Assembly (NCBI GenBank): GCA_963693365.1
Contig: CAVNZM010000003.1
Location: 2,803,087-2,867,086, forward strand
Direction: 5' to 3'
DNA: 64,000 bases
Origin: Amoebidium appalachense
Taxonomy: Eukaryota > Protista > Ichthyosporea
How positions within the stretch are numbered: position 1 is the first letter of the stretch; each line of letters opens with the position of its first letter. Both the position numbers and the translations under genes were made by a program. Under the pieces are notes generated by a model. It saw only the letters and a list, made by a program, of their open reading frames with translations, made no database searches and had not been told where the DNA came from. This document shows, piece by piece, positions 1-16,937 of the stretch.

Positions 1-1406
1 TGTGCCCAATTTTCAGAAATTCAAGCAGCACTCTGATTGGTTCGATTTATCCTGTTTCAAAGGTAATTCTTCAAAGTTTCTCGCGACGCAAGCTGGCGCT
101 GTGACTTGCCGCATTGATATTTATTATGTATACCAGCACATGACATATATATATGTAATATTAGGTTTAGGCCATATGTATATGTAGGGGAGGCACTTTG
201 AAATACGAATTGATGATTGATGAAGTGAATAGAGTTGGAATTTACCCCCCTCGAATTGAAGCCCGGGAATGTTGACAAGGAGAGATACAAATTAAAGTTT
301 CCCGCAAAGGGTTTCTGCTTGAATATATACAAGATCTAGTGGGCAAGAAAGGGGCAGCTAACGGTTACAGCACTTCAAAAAATGCATTCATTAATTATAT
401 CATGAATGAATGAAGCTTGCCCGTCGTTTTGAATATGTAATATAGCACACAAGAGAAAAAAAAAGAAAAAAAAGAAAGAAAAAAAAAGGATGCCAACACC
501 ATAGAATGTGCTCAAGCAACTGGGCAATATGCATACGCTATGTGGACCACCTAATAGTTCTGAGCATGCTAAAATTTATACATTCCAGCTTCGAGTTGAA
601 TAGTAATCCTCCGGATCCCCACTGACTCGGCCAGGGTTATTGCCTGAATTCGGTGAGAAGGATCAATGCGACAAACTTTGCATGCCTGCTCATGTGCCTG
701 GTGGCGGATAGCACTCAGAGAGACGTCGAAATCAGTCATTCCTCTGCCGTGTTACGCTCTTTTCCCCCACATGGCACTACTATATATATTGGCTACTAGT
801 CGCTGTCCAAACTCCTCGCTGGCAAGTTGAACGATACCCGGTAGAATAAATGGCACCAGACCGAATACTAAAGTGAATGAATAGAAACACCCTTCACACT
901 TCCACATGTACACTTCCCAACTACACATGTATACACCGGCCTAGGCAAATTCGAAATCGTTTTCGAACGAGGTTCGCGAATATTGCAGTAAATCCACGAC
1001 GGCCAAGGTAGCACGTGCATGCAGGACGCCTGTCGGTGCACGTGACAGTATTAGTCACCATGAAGAGGTGACGGTGTGCTTGTGCTGTGCCACGGCAGAC
1101 GCTCAGGTTCATCAAAAGCCACAGGGGTAGGGTGGAACGAGACGCAACTGATTTGTTGATTTGTGCACACAACAAGAAAAGAACTAGTGAAGAAAAGGGC
1201 AAACTCATGGGATATCCTCTTTCTTGCCTACATCTAGACTAAGTTTGACATGTCTTTAACACTCAGTGCCAGCCGAATATTCGAGTTACAGTTTTGATTT
1301 TGTTCACCTGAAAAAACCTGCATCCCAGTGGTCCCATGTGTTTCAGTCTTGGCAATTTTTGATACTTCAAGTGCCCATAGACAGAAACCAAATTCGCCCA
1401 AAAGCC

Positions 1407-5140
<3,734 letters not shown>

Positions 5141-6894
5141 GGATGTACGTATGGAGCATATAATGGACCTGTTGAGATGCTGCTAGTGCTTATCTATAGC
5201 CTCGGATATGTGTAAGCCATTAAGAGTGCATGCAAGTCACATGGGTAGCCTTGTCAATCCTAATATGGCAATTCTCTATTGTTGTATGACTGATGTATGC
5301 CTCACACCAGCTCGTATGTGATATATAGTCTGACCTATAGTTATCGAAATGTCAACACGTGTGCTGGCACATATAGCAAAGTCGGACACGGTTACACAGT
5401 CAGGAACTTTCACGTATCCAGTCACGGTAACTAATATTATATTCACAATTGGGCTAGGCCTATACACGCTCTAAAGTGGTGCTTGCGTATGCCTTTTTTT
5501 TTTTTTTTTTTTTTTTGGAGGGGGAGGGGGAGGGAGGGGGGGGGGGGGCGGGGAGGGGGGACGGGAGGAGGGGAGGGGAGGGGGGAATGAAGTAAGGCAT
5601 TGTTGCTATGAACGTCGTAGGATATATACGTATGTATGAACAACTGCAACCTACCACATGTGACTGTGTGCATAGACAAAATCAACAGACTAGGCTCAGC
5701 CAGTCCAAGGATGAGCGGCATTGCACTATATTGATTGTGGGCATTATTGACTATTGATCGGTTGAACTAGAAGATAGCTGCTGTAGTGTTGTGAACATAG
5801 TTGATCATCAGTTTTATTGTTGCCATTGCTTTGGTTGCTGATTAGTATTAGTGAGCAGAACAACTAGAGGGCCATGTGGGCCGGCCAGACCACACCACCT
5901 TACACAGCTACTGCGGGCATCAACTGTATCGGTCAGCAGCCAAAAAATACATTACAAGGTAGAGGAAATAATATGAGGTGACTCCTGTTCGGCGCTGCCT
6001 CTGTGCCACATCAATGATACTTGAGTGATAGGGCCCGTCCTTGGCACCAGCCATGTCGACCCCTGCAACATTGGCCTAAGGGGGACAATGGCATAGACAT
6101 TCAGCGGCTGGCCTCCGGGTACGTGGGTTATCGGTCGATTGTTGTGTATATGTGTGTGTTTTAGGTATACGTGTGTGCGTGTGTGTGTGCGCGCGCGCGC
6201 GCGCGCATGTGTGCACGTGCATGCGGTTGCTCTCTGGGTGTGTGTGTGTGTTGGGGGGGGGGGGGGGGGGGGGGGGGTTGCAATTGCATGCATGTCCACG
6301 GCCTGCCTTGCCACGTGCACCAGGCACCCACTGCTGTGGCCCAACCGAGGGCTGCAGCAGCTGGCACAAAGGTTTCTTTACATCCAGTTGCAGGACCGAA
6401 CCTTCATTTGCACCTGCTTGGTTGCACCAATCATATCATACTGTACATAGTCTTACCATCACCTGGCTAGGGGTGTATAGGCACACATGAGCACCATTCA
6501 TCCAAATAAAATATGACTAGCATCACATACGACTGGCCTCAATTATATTCACATCTATCACACAGTAAATTTACGTGTCCACAGCATTCGTGCAAGATAA
6601 AGCCGCGAGTCGTCTCTTGAAATACCACAATTGCAACACAGCAATAGAAATCCGGCTAGCACAAGATGTCATCACATCAAAAAAACTACCATCACTGTTC
6701 AAAATTGACGCCTCTACAGAACACTGTGTCGTCACTAAAGCTACTGTCACGCAGCAATCACGGGTCAAAATAGCACCACACAGTATGATTAAAATCAGGG
6801 CTCAAGATAGTAATATACATCCCTAAAAAAAAAAAAAAAAAAAAAAAGAAAACCATTCAGCACTCACGGCCCATTACTGCACGACTGGCAGCTG

Positions 6895-8686
6895 CTACAT
6901 GAACATAGGGGGCAGGGGAGGCAGCATTGCATGGTGTGGGCCCTGTTGCTGGGTGGCTCTCAGACTGTCATAGCTCTGCCGCCTCAGCATCATCTCCTGC
7001 CCGGCCTGGCCACCACCATACTGCTGCATGCCCCACCCATACATGGGGGGTGGCCGCGGGGGTGCCCATGTGTGGCTGCCTGGGGCTTGACCCCCCCAGG
7101 GTTGAGGGGCAGGCGGTGGGGGGCCCCAGGCCATGGGCGGTTGGGGTGGGGGGGTCCAGGTGTGGGGGGATGGCTGCCAGCCACCCTGTTGCATGGAGGG
7201 GGGAGGGGGTGGCGCCGGGCCTCCGGCAAAAGGTGGAGGAGGTGGGGGGCCGGAGAAGGAGGGTGGGCCCATAAAGGGTGGGGGGTAGCAGGGGCGGGGT
7301 GGGGGGGGGGGCACGTGGCCAGCCATGGGGGTTGGAGGCCGTGTGGGTGGGTGGGAGAGCTGGCCCGGTGGGGGGTGCTGCCGGGGGGGCCCGGCAAGTG
7401 GGCGGGAGGGGGGGGCAGTATGGGGGGTGTTGCTGGGGGCCTGCATGGTGCATTGGTCAGCAGGCAGGAAGTGGGCACTGGCTGGGTGGGGTATTGGGCA
7501 GAGAGGTACAACTTGAGGATGCAGCCGCAGGCAGCAAGGGGGGAGGGGGGGGGGAGGGAGGGCTTACCGTGTGGGGGTCGACAAAGCAGGAGCGCATGAA
7601 GCGCATGAAGCGGTCTGCATACATGTCGGGGGGGCACACGGACACACCCTGGCTGTCATAGACTAGTGACTTGAGGAAGTGCTCGGCTTGCTGCTCATTG
7701 GCCAGTCAGCACCTGCACACGGCCAAAGCTCCAACAAGACCACGCACACACACGACACCACAGCCCTCGAACACACCTTGTACATGCTGATTACTGCTTC
7801 TGATAGAACTTGCATCCTCCCATGGGCCACATACCCATAAGCACGCATCAACCAACACTCCCATGCGCCTGGGTGGCCTCGGAAACACATGCACTTATTC
7901 ACCCATGCACAAACATGCACTGACACCCACACACGCACGCACACACCCACACCCACGCACACACATGCAGGCACACAGGCATACATGCATGCACGGCCAG
8001 CCATGTGCATGCACCCGGCACGCACCTTGAATGTCGCATACTCCACCAGGGTGTCTATGATGCCCACGTACACAGTCTCATCCTCACTGCACAGCACGTT
8101 GCGCCCCTCCTGTGCGCCCCACAATCAGCCATTATGTGCACTGCAAGGCAGCGGCCACACTACATAAGACCTAGGGGGCAGGCAGATAGCTGGCAGGCAC
8201 AAGAGGCAGGTCATGTACAAGGTGAAAGCAAAGGCATTGGGTGCCACATCAGTGCAAGGGGGCATCAAGGCATGGCAGCCATCAGCAAGTGGGCATATGA
8301 CGTAATGCATGTGTCCGTGGCATTGGTGGGGCTAGTGCACCCATGTGTGGGGCGGGTGACCGTGCCTGTGTGCTTGATGGTTGCCGCAGGGCATGCTGTG
8401 CGTAGGGCACATGCTTGATGCCCGCCAGCAGGCTGTAGTCGATGATGTTGTGGGCCTGCAGGAACGATACGTCCTGCTGCATCTGGGCATCAAAGCATCA
8501 GCACACGTGGCCCTGTGCACCACGCACACACTGGAAACATGCAGTCATGGCCACCCACACACACGAGCACACACACATGCACATGCACACACACATGCAT
8601 GCACAACACACACACAGACACACACACACATGCCCATGCACACACACATGCATGCACAACACACACACACACACACACACACACAT

Positions 8687-8765
<79 letters not shown>

Positions 8766-11752
8766 GCATGGGCGTACCCTGTGCAGCAGCTGTGGCTGTG
8801 GGGCATCTGAGAGCATGCGGTGCAAAGCCAGCCAGTCCAGGTCCTTGTAGATGACGTCACTACGGCATATGGCCTCCCCGGCACTCTTGAGGGATGTGCG
8901 CCCAACAGTCGACCCTGTGCTATCCCCTTAGCTCTCGCTCCCTTGTACCCCCCCCCCCCCCCCCCGAGCCTTTGTATGCACAGCCTACCCCTCACAACCC
9001 CCCTCCCCCCGCACTTAGCATGCAGCCTCACCCCCCCCTCCCCCCCCCCCCCCCCCCCCCCCCCCCCCATCCCCACCCCAACACCCCCTCCCTGCATGCA
9101 TGCTACAGTCTCCAGGCCCCACTCAACACACACCCTTGAGGTCGAACCTAAGGTCCATTTCCACTGTGGGGGGGAAGATGTTTGCCATGACCACAAAGTG
9201 GGAGGTACGGCCCCCATAGCCCAGTGTGTAGCTGCCCAGGTAGCGCGTCAGCAGGCTGCTTGGGTGCGCCTGTGAACACACAGCTCAGCACAAGCCCAGC
9301 ACACACATGTGCAGGCACATATACACATGCACACACACAGAGCAAGCATGGCGGGCTCACAGGAAAACATGCACAGGCACATGCACACACACAGCCAGCA
9401 GGCTAAGGCAGTTCTAATATGGTAAGTTGTGAATTCGAGTGATTGGATACGGCTCAATCTAGGAAACGCATTCCTGAGCCACGCCGATATGCCGGCTGCC
9501 GAAAGTATCTCGTGGCAGACCCGCTTGTGATTGGCTCCGTGACTCTGATATCCAGTGCTAAAATATAGCAGCATGCCAAGCACGTTCTTTGGGAAAAAAA
9601 TTACTGATAAACGAGAAATGAAATAGAGAGCAGCTAAGAAAAAGCGGCTTATAAGTTGATTTGAAATATCCATTTATCAGCAGGCGAAGTTTTTCACGGT
9701 TCTATTTAATTTTTTCAAGCAAACCGTTAAGCATGCTGGTGAGACATGGCGATTTGTTATTCGTAGATTATCACGCATGTTGCATAAACTTATGCGGAGT
9801 AGTGTAAGTCAAACAGAACTAGCTTTGAATCAGGTTTATGATTTTTCAGCTTATGAATAACTTCGGTAGCGCATAAACTCCTTAATTTCGAAAAACATCA
9901 ATACTACAACTAATTTTTGAATGTTTGTGCTTTGGAAAAGGAGTTGCACAGCGTCCCGAAATTGAGAGAAAAGGTTTGTCATAGAGATCACCTTGTAAAC
10001 CCTAAATCACGAGTCTGGTGTCGGCGTTTACTAAGTTGAAGTTGGACAGTCTACTGTTTTTGGCCCTAATTGCTTGTCTTCAAAGGGGATAAAACGTTTT
10101 GAAGCCAATCAAATGTGTTAAAAGCAGCTTTTAAGCTTTTAATGGACAGATTTGAGTAAAGCGATTGGGTGTCAGCGCATCACCTAAATGTGCCAATGTT
10201 GCCGCTTGCTACCGGGCTTACCATATTAGAACTGCCGGCTCAAGCTGACAGAGCAAGCATGGTGCACACACAGGCAGACACGCACAGGCACATGCACACA
10301 CACAGAGCACGGGCCACAAGCACGTGCACGGACCATGAGGTGGTGGTAGTAGTCTCTGAGCATGGCGGCCATGGCACTGTGCTCTGGCTGGCTCACGGTC
10401 TTGACCATGTAGCGGTTGTCATAGCTGTAGTAGAAGAAGCTGCCGCTGCGCCCGGCTGACACCAGCCCACTCATGCTGCTCACACACAGGGTCAGCACAC
10501 GGGGGGAGGGCGCAGCCACACATGTTAAGGTACGTGCAGGTGTGGCGGTTGCAGCCACACACGTTAAGGTACGTGCAGGTGTGGCGGTTGCAGCCACACA
10601 TGTTAAGGTACGTGCAGGTGTGGCGGTTGCAGCCACACATGTTAAGGTACGTGCAGGTGTGGCGGTTGCAGCCACACATGTTAAGGTACGTGCAGGTGTG
10701 GCGGTTGCAGCCACACATGTTAAGGTACGTGCAGGTGTGGCGGTTGCAGCCACACATGTTAAGGTACGTGCAGGTGTGGCGGTTGCAGCCACACATGTTA
10801 AGGTACGTGCAGGTGTGGCGGTTGCAGCCACACATGTTAAGGTACGTGCAGAGCACCCACCTTGTGAGGTCGCCCAGCATGAGGTTGCCAATCACCTGCC
10901 GTAGCCCAAGGGACCCAACAAAGCTGCACATCCACAAACCGTTAGCTAGGGGGGGGGGGGAGGTTTATTCTTCCACCAGCACATTCACCACCGCCCAGCT
11001 CACACCCTCCAGTGCCTATCGTTTGCTCTATGCTATTCAAGATGTGCATGTGCCCACGTACATGTGCTGTGTGCAAAGGCTGTACCCGTGCGCATATGCC
11101 TCTGTTGGACACGGCATCGGTGCCCGTGTGCAGCCGAGTAAACCTAGTGCTCATGCATGGTTGTAGTGCACAGGCGCCCATAGGAGTGCTAAAGTCTGAA
11201 GTATACATGCCGTCCCCCAGTCCACATGTAAGCCCGTTGCCATGTTTCCGTGCATGTGTGTACGCTTCCATGGGCCTAGGCATGTGTGTGCACGTCCATA
11301 GGTCCATGCATCGTGTGCACACATGGCCCCATGCATGTGCCAAGATGGCCCCCTGTGTGTGCGTGTGTGTGGAGTGCACAGGTCCGTGCCTGTGCGTACA
11401 CGGGCATGGGTCCATGCATGTGTACACACATGGTTTTGTGCATGCTAAGCGTATGCACATGAGCCCGCGCATGTACGGGCCGTCATAGGTCCGTGCATGT
11501 GGCACACCTGTCCTCTGTGATGCCGATCCATCCCCGCATGTCCCTGAAGGCCTCAGGGCAGGTGCATGTCAGCTCCACCTTGGCCTGCTGCCCGGGCAGC
11601 TCCAGCCTGCACACCACCATCAGTTCCAACCCACGCCGCCCTTACAGGCCAACCTTCCCCAGCCATCAAATGCCAAAGACCTCACTCCCTGTGGCAACCC
11701 CCCCTCCCCCTCACCCCCCTCCACCTACTAGCCTTTCTTCCCTAGCATCAAA

Positions 11753-11798
<46 letters not shown>

Positions 11799-12401
11799 AC
11801 ACACACCCACCCCCCCCCACCCTCCCACCCCCTTTGCCTCACCGGCCATTCTTCCGCAGCCTTAGATGCCACACACCCCACCTCCCCCACTGCCACCATG
11901 CACACAGCCTGGCCCAAGCCAAAAGAAACACGGTAGCACTATGATTTGCATGCATGGCAGATCCACCCAAGCAGGGGCAGGCACCTGAGTGTCTGGGCAT
12001 AGTCGGCATAGTGGCGACTGTCTGCCGGGGTGGTGTACACGGCCAGCTGCAGCGCCAGCATAACGCACAGCATAAAGTTCCAGCTCTCATGGCCAAAGAA
12101 CATCTGGGGGGGTAGGCCTTAGTGCGTGCAAAAGAGTAGGTCTGCCTGGGTTCCTATGGTCACTAGGTGGGACATGTGCACGAGCGTGTGTGCACCTACG
12201 ATGGGGGGATGAGGTGTGAAGTTGGTACTCCGGGGGGGATAGATCATGTACGGTTGTTATCGTTTCTGCTCCGTATTTATTTCTCACTTTTTTTCTTTCG
12301 GTTTTTTTCTCTTCTCGCCTTTTTTCTTTCGTTTTTCCTTTCTTTTCCTTTTTGTCTTTTTTCTTTACTGTATTGCATTTTTTCACTGTGTGTGTCTGTG
12401 T

Positions 12402-12450
<49 letters not shown>

Positions 12451-15268
12451 GTGTGTGGTGGTGGGGGTGGGGGTGGGGTGAGGCGGAGGGGGGGATTAAC
12501 ACCTCGTCTCATATCGCAGGCAAGTTAGCGGGGGATCACGTGCTCCCGTTATAATAAGGGGGGTGTATATGTGGACTTTCTGGAATATTGTGCTACACAA
12601 ACACTATATACAAGGTTAAAAACACTGTTATATATATATATATATTTAGTATTTTCATTTAGCTACATTTTATTTTTCTAACAGGAATATAGTTTTTTTT
12701 CACTTTGAAAAACACATATGTGATGATTTATACATATATAGTCAGAAATAAAATCTGCCTCATTATTGTGAAATCAAAAAATGTAGCTAAATGGAATGAC
12801 TTGTTTCTATTTGAAGTTTTCTAAAAAATTTACGGGACATTCTTATTGGTTCTAGAAATTACAAAAACCCATAATACGTGAAGTTATCTTTTATTTCACC
12901 TTTCAAAAACATAGGCAAAATAGGGCTTTTGCCATTAGAGAACGATTGGTCAGGTCCGATAATTGTGAGTGCGCGGCCAATCAACAGCTCTGGCTGGTTC
13001 GTGATCGCAAAGTGCACATCTGTTCTCTGAATGGCTACAGGTATTTGGTATAGCCAAATGTATAAACTTTCACGCAAGCTTTTAAATAATTCAAACTGAT
13101 TGAAATATAATATAAGAAAATAATGTAGTTGTTTTTGTATTTTGTTGTAATTTCTCTGCTTATGTCCACAGCTAGTAGGTTTTATACTGCCTGGTTTTTG
13201 ACTTCTAGTAAAACATAGGTCGATCTAGCTATCGAGGCTGTTTACTCTCTTTGCCTCGAGTAAACAGCGTAAACCCCTAATTCATTACCAACTTTATGAC
13301 TCATCATTACTGATCCAAAAGGACCGATTGATTGGCTCATGATCAGGAAGCTTTATGTCTCATTATCTAGGAAATACAGTCTTCGACAGATGCATCAGGG
13401 GCCACGCACCGACCGCTAAGATGGCCTGGCTTTTAGTTGGGGTGAAAGCGGCTGAGGGGTCTCCAGGCAGCACATACTAAAAATCACCAAAGCACCAGCA
13501 CATGCCGAAGTCAAGCTGCGCACAAATGGCCGCACAGTGCAGGGCACACATATGAAGGACACCAACCAGGTTGCCTGCGGTCTGCCTGGGGCGCACAGTG
13601 GGGGTAGAGTCAGTGCCGAACGAGCGGATGAATGTTGTGTGCTGGGTGCAGGCATCGATGTACTCCTGCTGGCTGATGGGCCCAGACTCTAGTCCCAGCC
13701 GATGCACCAGCTGCATGAAAGGATTGGTCCATAATCATAGCGGCCCGGGGTGGACACGTAGGTCCGTGGTGGCTGGCAGAGGGGGAGGGGGAGGGGGGGG
13801 GGGAGGGGGGGGGGAGAAGAAATACAGAAAGTGCAGAGCCAAGATGGTGGTGGTTGCTGAATGAGGGGAATGCGACTAGATGCAGGCAGCAGGAACGGGG
13901 GGGTACAATCAGGCAGGTGCGAGCAAAGAAAGCCTTCAAATGGACGTAAGAGCAAGAGAGTGTTAAGGCGGGCGAACCGGTCAAATAATGGACATAGAAA
14001 CGATAGCTAGAAGGCCCCGTGCCCGTGCCGGGGAGGCGGGTGGGTGGGTTGGGGGGGGGGGGGGGGGTGGGGAGGGTGGGAAGGGGAGGGAGGGGGGGGG
14101 GGGGGGGGGGGGGAGAGGGAGGGGGAGGGAGCCTATAGCCCGTGTGCATGTAAATGCAGGCCACCTGGTCGATGTATGCATTGAGCATGAAGCACTGTGT
14201 GCACCTGGTCGATGTATGCATTGAGCATGGCGGGGCGCAGGGCCAGTGTGCTGAGCAGGGCAGCCACCGAGTGCACAAACTGGGCCACGTCCTGGGCCCC
14301 CACGGCCATGCGCCCAGACACGTCCACCAGCCGGAACCCAAAGCGCAGCTTCTCCACACTGCTGTCTGCACGTGTGTCAGCGAGCCTGCCCCCATGCAGT
14401 GCATGTGCATGCATGGGCATGTGTGTGCTCTTGTGCATGTGCATGCATGGGCATGTGTGTGCTCTTGTGCATGTGCATGCATGGGCATGTGTGTGCTCTT
14501 GTGCATGTGCATGCATGGGCATGTGTGTGCTCTTGTGCATGTCTGTGCATACCAGTGTGTGCCCAGCATCGTCTTGGCAACCAACCCATGGCATGGAAAG
14601 GCGGAGCATGTACGCCACTGCTTGTGTCAGCATGTCCGAGTGTGCATGTGTTCAACCATGTGCGTAGGACGCAGTGTTTGGGTGCTTCTAAGTGCGTGCA
14701 TGTGTCTGCAATTGGTTCTAAATGTGTGAATTTGGTGTCCGTATGTTCATAAGTGTGCATGCGTGGACGTGTGGTTGTGTGGTCCTATGTGGGCCTGCCT
14801 ACGCATGTACGGTTGTATGTGCCGGTGTATGTGTGCAAGTGTGGAATCGTGTGATAAATGTGGTAGCTGTGTGCGCATGTCTATAATGTGCCTGTGTGTG
14901 TGTGTGTGCCTATGTGTATGTGTGCCTATGTGTGTGTGCCTATGTGTATGTGTACCTGTGTGTGTGTGTGCCCATGTGTGTGTGTGCCTATGTGTATGTG
15001 TGCCTGTGTGTGTGTGTGCCCATGTGTGTGTGTGCCTGTGTGTGTGTGTGCCCATGTGTGTGTGTGGCTATGTGTGTGTGTGCCTATGTGTGTGTGTGCC
15101 TATGTGTGTGTGTGCCTGTGTGTGTGTGTGCCCGTGTGTGTGTATGTGCCTGTGTGTGCACCTGAGGTCAGAGCCAGGATGACATCCAGGTACTCTGCCA
15201 GTTCGATCTCTCCGTCCATGTCTGTGTCCATCGCCTGCTCACACCCCACGTATTGGTTTGCTGTGCGC

Positions 15269-15302
<34 letters not shown>

Positions 15303-15651
15303 TCCCCCCCACATCACCACCACCACCACCCTTCTCTACTCTGTCTCCCATCCCCTCCGTCCCACCACCCATCAACCACCCCCTTCTGCCCATCCAGCCC
15401 CCCCCCCCCCCCACCCCCTGTGTGAAGCAGCCCCCAATCTGTACGCACCTAAAGTGTCCACCCCTTTCTCTGAGTCATCCTGTGCCATTCACTCCGTGTC
15501 TTACACCAATCATCCACAGTATATTTGCCTCCCCCCCCCCCCCCCTCCCCCCTCCCCCTCCCCCCCACGCTCCCCCCCATCCCCTCCCCAAATCAAAAAT
15601 CCCTCTAGCTCTTTGCTCTCTCCCATACATCCCCTACATTTGGGTCACAAG

Positions 15652-15696
<45 letters not shown>

Positions 15697-16937
15697 CCCC
15701 CTGCCCGCTCTTCTCCTCCCGGAGCAATAAGCAGCCTCCGAGTTTAGGGTGCAGTACTTATCTAAACAATCAATTCAAACGTTCGTTGCAAACTCTCTCT
15801 GACTCCCTCTTATGCAGTCGTGCACCGTCTCGCACAGCCGACCTTTTCAAGTAACAGACTCTCATATGATGACCGGGTTGAATGGGCAGGCTGGGACGGT
15901 GGGTGGGTGGGGGTGGGGTTTTTTGGGGGGGCGGGGGGAGCGGGGGGGGGGGGGGGGGGGGGAGGGCTAACCAGGGGAGGTGGAGAACAGGTACATGGGT
16001 AGCCTACTATATGTGTAGAGGCCATGAAACCAGGGACCAAGAAATACTATCCGGAGGAGGAAAGGGAAGGGGGCCAGAGGCGGGGGGCAAGGGGGGAGGG
16101 GGGAGGAGGGGTAGGTGGGAAGTGCTATACATTAAATATACGGCGGGCAAGGTCGGAGGGATGGGGAGCCCATAACGCCCAGCCCAGCAGCAAACTCGGG
16201 CAGGGTCAGTCGGCCCGTCTTGCTGCCCCCCACCACAGTCAGCCCCCACCCCTCCAGATACCAAAACTCTGCCTGCCCCCCTCCCCCCCCCCCCCCACCC
16301 ACCCACCCACCCACCCACCCCCTCCCTCCCCCTCCAGCCTCCGCCCCCCTCCCCCCTCCCCCCTACCCCGGTCCCCGCACCATCTCCCAGTGTCCTTCCC
16401 CTCTCTTCCCCTGTTTAAATTGCGTGCTGAAAAAAAAAAAACAAAAAAAAAAACCCTCCCCGTTCCCACCACCACCACCACCACCACCACCACCCCGCCA
16501 CTCTTCCAGTAACGGCGAAAAGGAAACAAAACCCACACCCACAACTGTGGCACCCCAAGACCAGAGACACACCCACCACCAGCAGTAGCCTACAAGCACG
16601 TCCACGCATAAACGCCTAACCCCAAATAAATCGAACGACTTCCGCACAAGCCTTCCCGCCGTCCCAGACTGAGAACCCTCTTTTCCTTCCCCTTGGGCCA
16701 TGCCCTGCAAGAGGCGCAGATCTTCGCTCTTCACACCGTTCCCTCTTCCTCTCCTAACTCCCTATCCCTTCCCCTCCCCACCCACAAGCACGCACGCACG
16801 CTCGCACGCACGCACGGACGCACGCACCTTGTGTTGAGCTTGACAAACACGCGCTCGACCTCGGCCTCCAGCTGGGCCAGCCTATCCTCGCCATATTTGC
16901 CCACAAGATACCACCGCTGCTCCGCCTCCAGAGGCAT
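6895..16937 (-). CDS. Phosphatidylinositol-phosphate kinase (PIP5K family) with N-terminal four-EF-hand (NCS/calcineurin-B-like) module and Pro-rich C-tail, ~16 exons
   Basis: Spliced exons give GHESWNFML (~12 kb), CPEAFRDMRGWIGI (~11.5 kb), SAGRSGSFFYYSYDNRYMVKT (10334-10479), SLLTRYLG..VVMANIF..RFDLK|GSTVGR (9270-8900), YKDLDW, DVSFLQAHNIIDYSLLAGI, YVGIIDTLVEY, SVCPPDMYADRF. EF-hand-like loops LNTSKTGRLTLPEF, MDTDMDGEIELAEY, VDVSGRMAVGAQDV and LESGPISQQEY. Confidence 0.9.
9407..10236. mobile_element. MITE-like non-coding TIR element inside a PIP5K intron
   Basis: Perfect 20-bp inverted repeats GGCAGTTCTAATATGGTAAG (9407-9426) and CTTACCATATTAGAACTGCC (10217-10236) bound an AT-rich 830-bp segment. 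Flanks are ggctaa / ggctca. Confidence 0.8.
10512..10850. repeat. Intronic minisatellite, 39-bp unit x ~8.7
   Basis: Unit GCAGCCACACATGTTAAGGTACGTGCAGGTGTGGCGGTT, near-perfect head-to-tail copies with no spacers. Confidence 0.95.
13245..13277 (-). repeat. End of dispersed repeat family R (GGGGTTTACGCTGTTTACTCGAGGCAAAGAGA)
   Basis: Reverse complement matches 61676-61708 and the start of the copy at 51190. Confidence 0.75.

Noticed and set aside
6468-6825. Possible hAT-like MITE (TAGGGGTGTATA / TATACATCCCTA)
   Set aside because: Only 11/12 match, no target duplication, and no second copy seen.
10512-10850. Possible CRISPR array (also 47263-48038)
   Set aside because: Head-to-tail identical units with no unique spacers, no cas genes, and located in eukaryotic introns.
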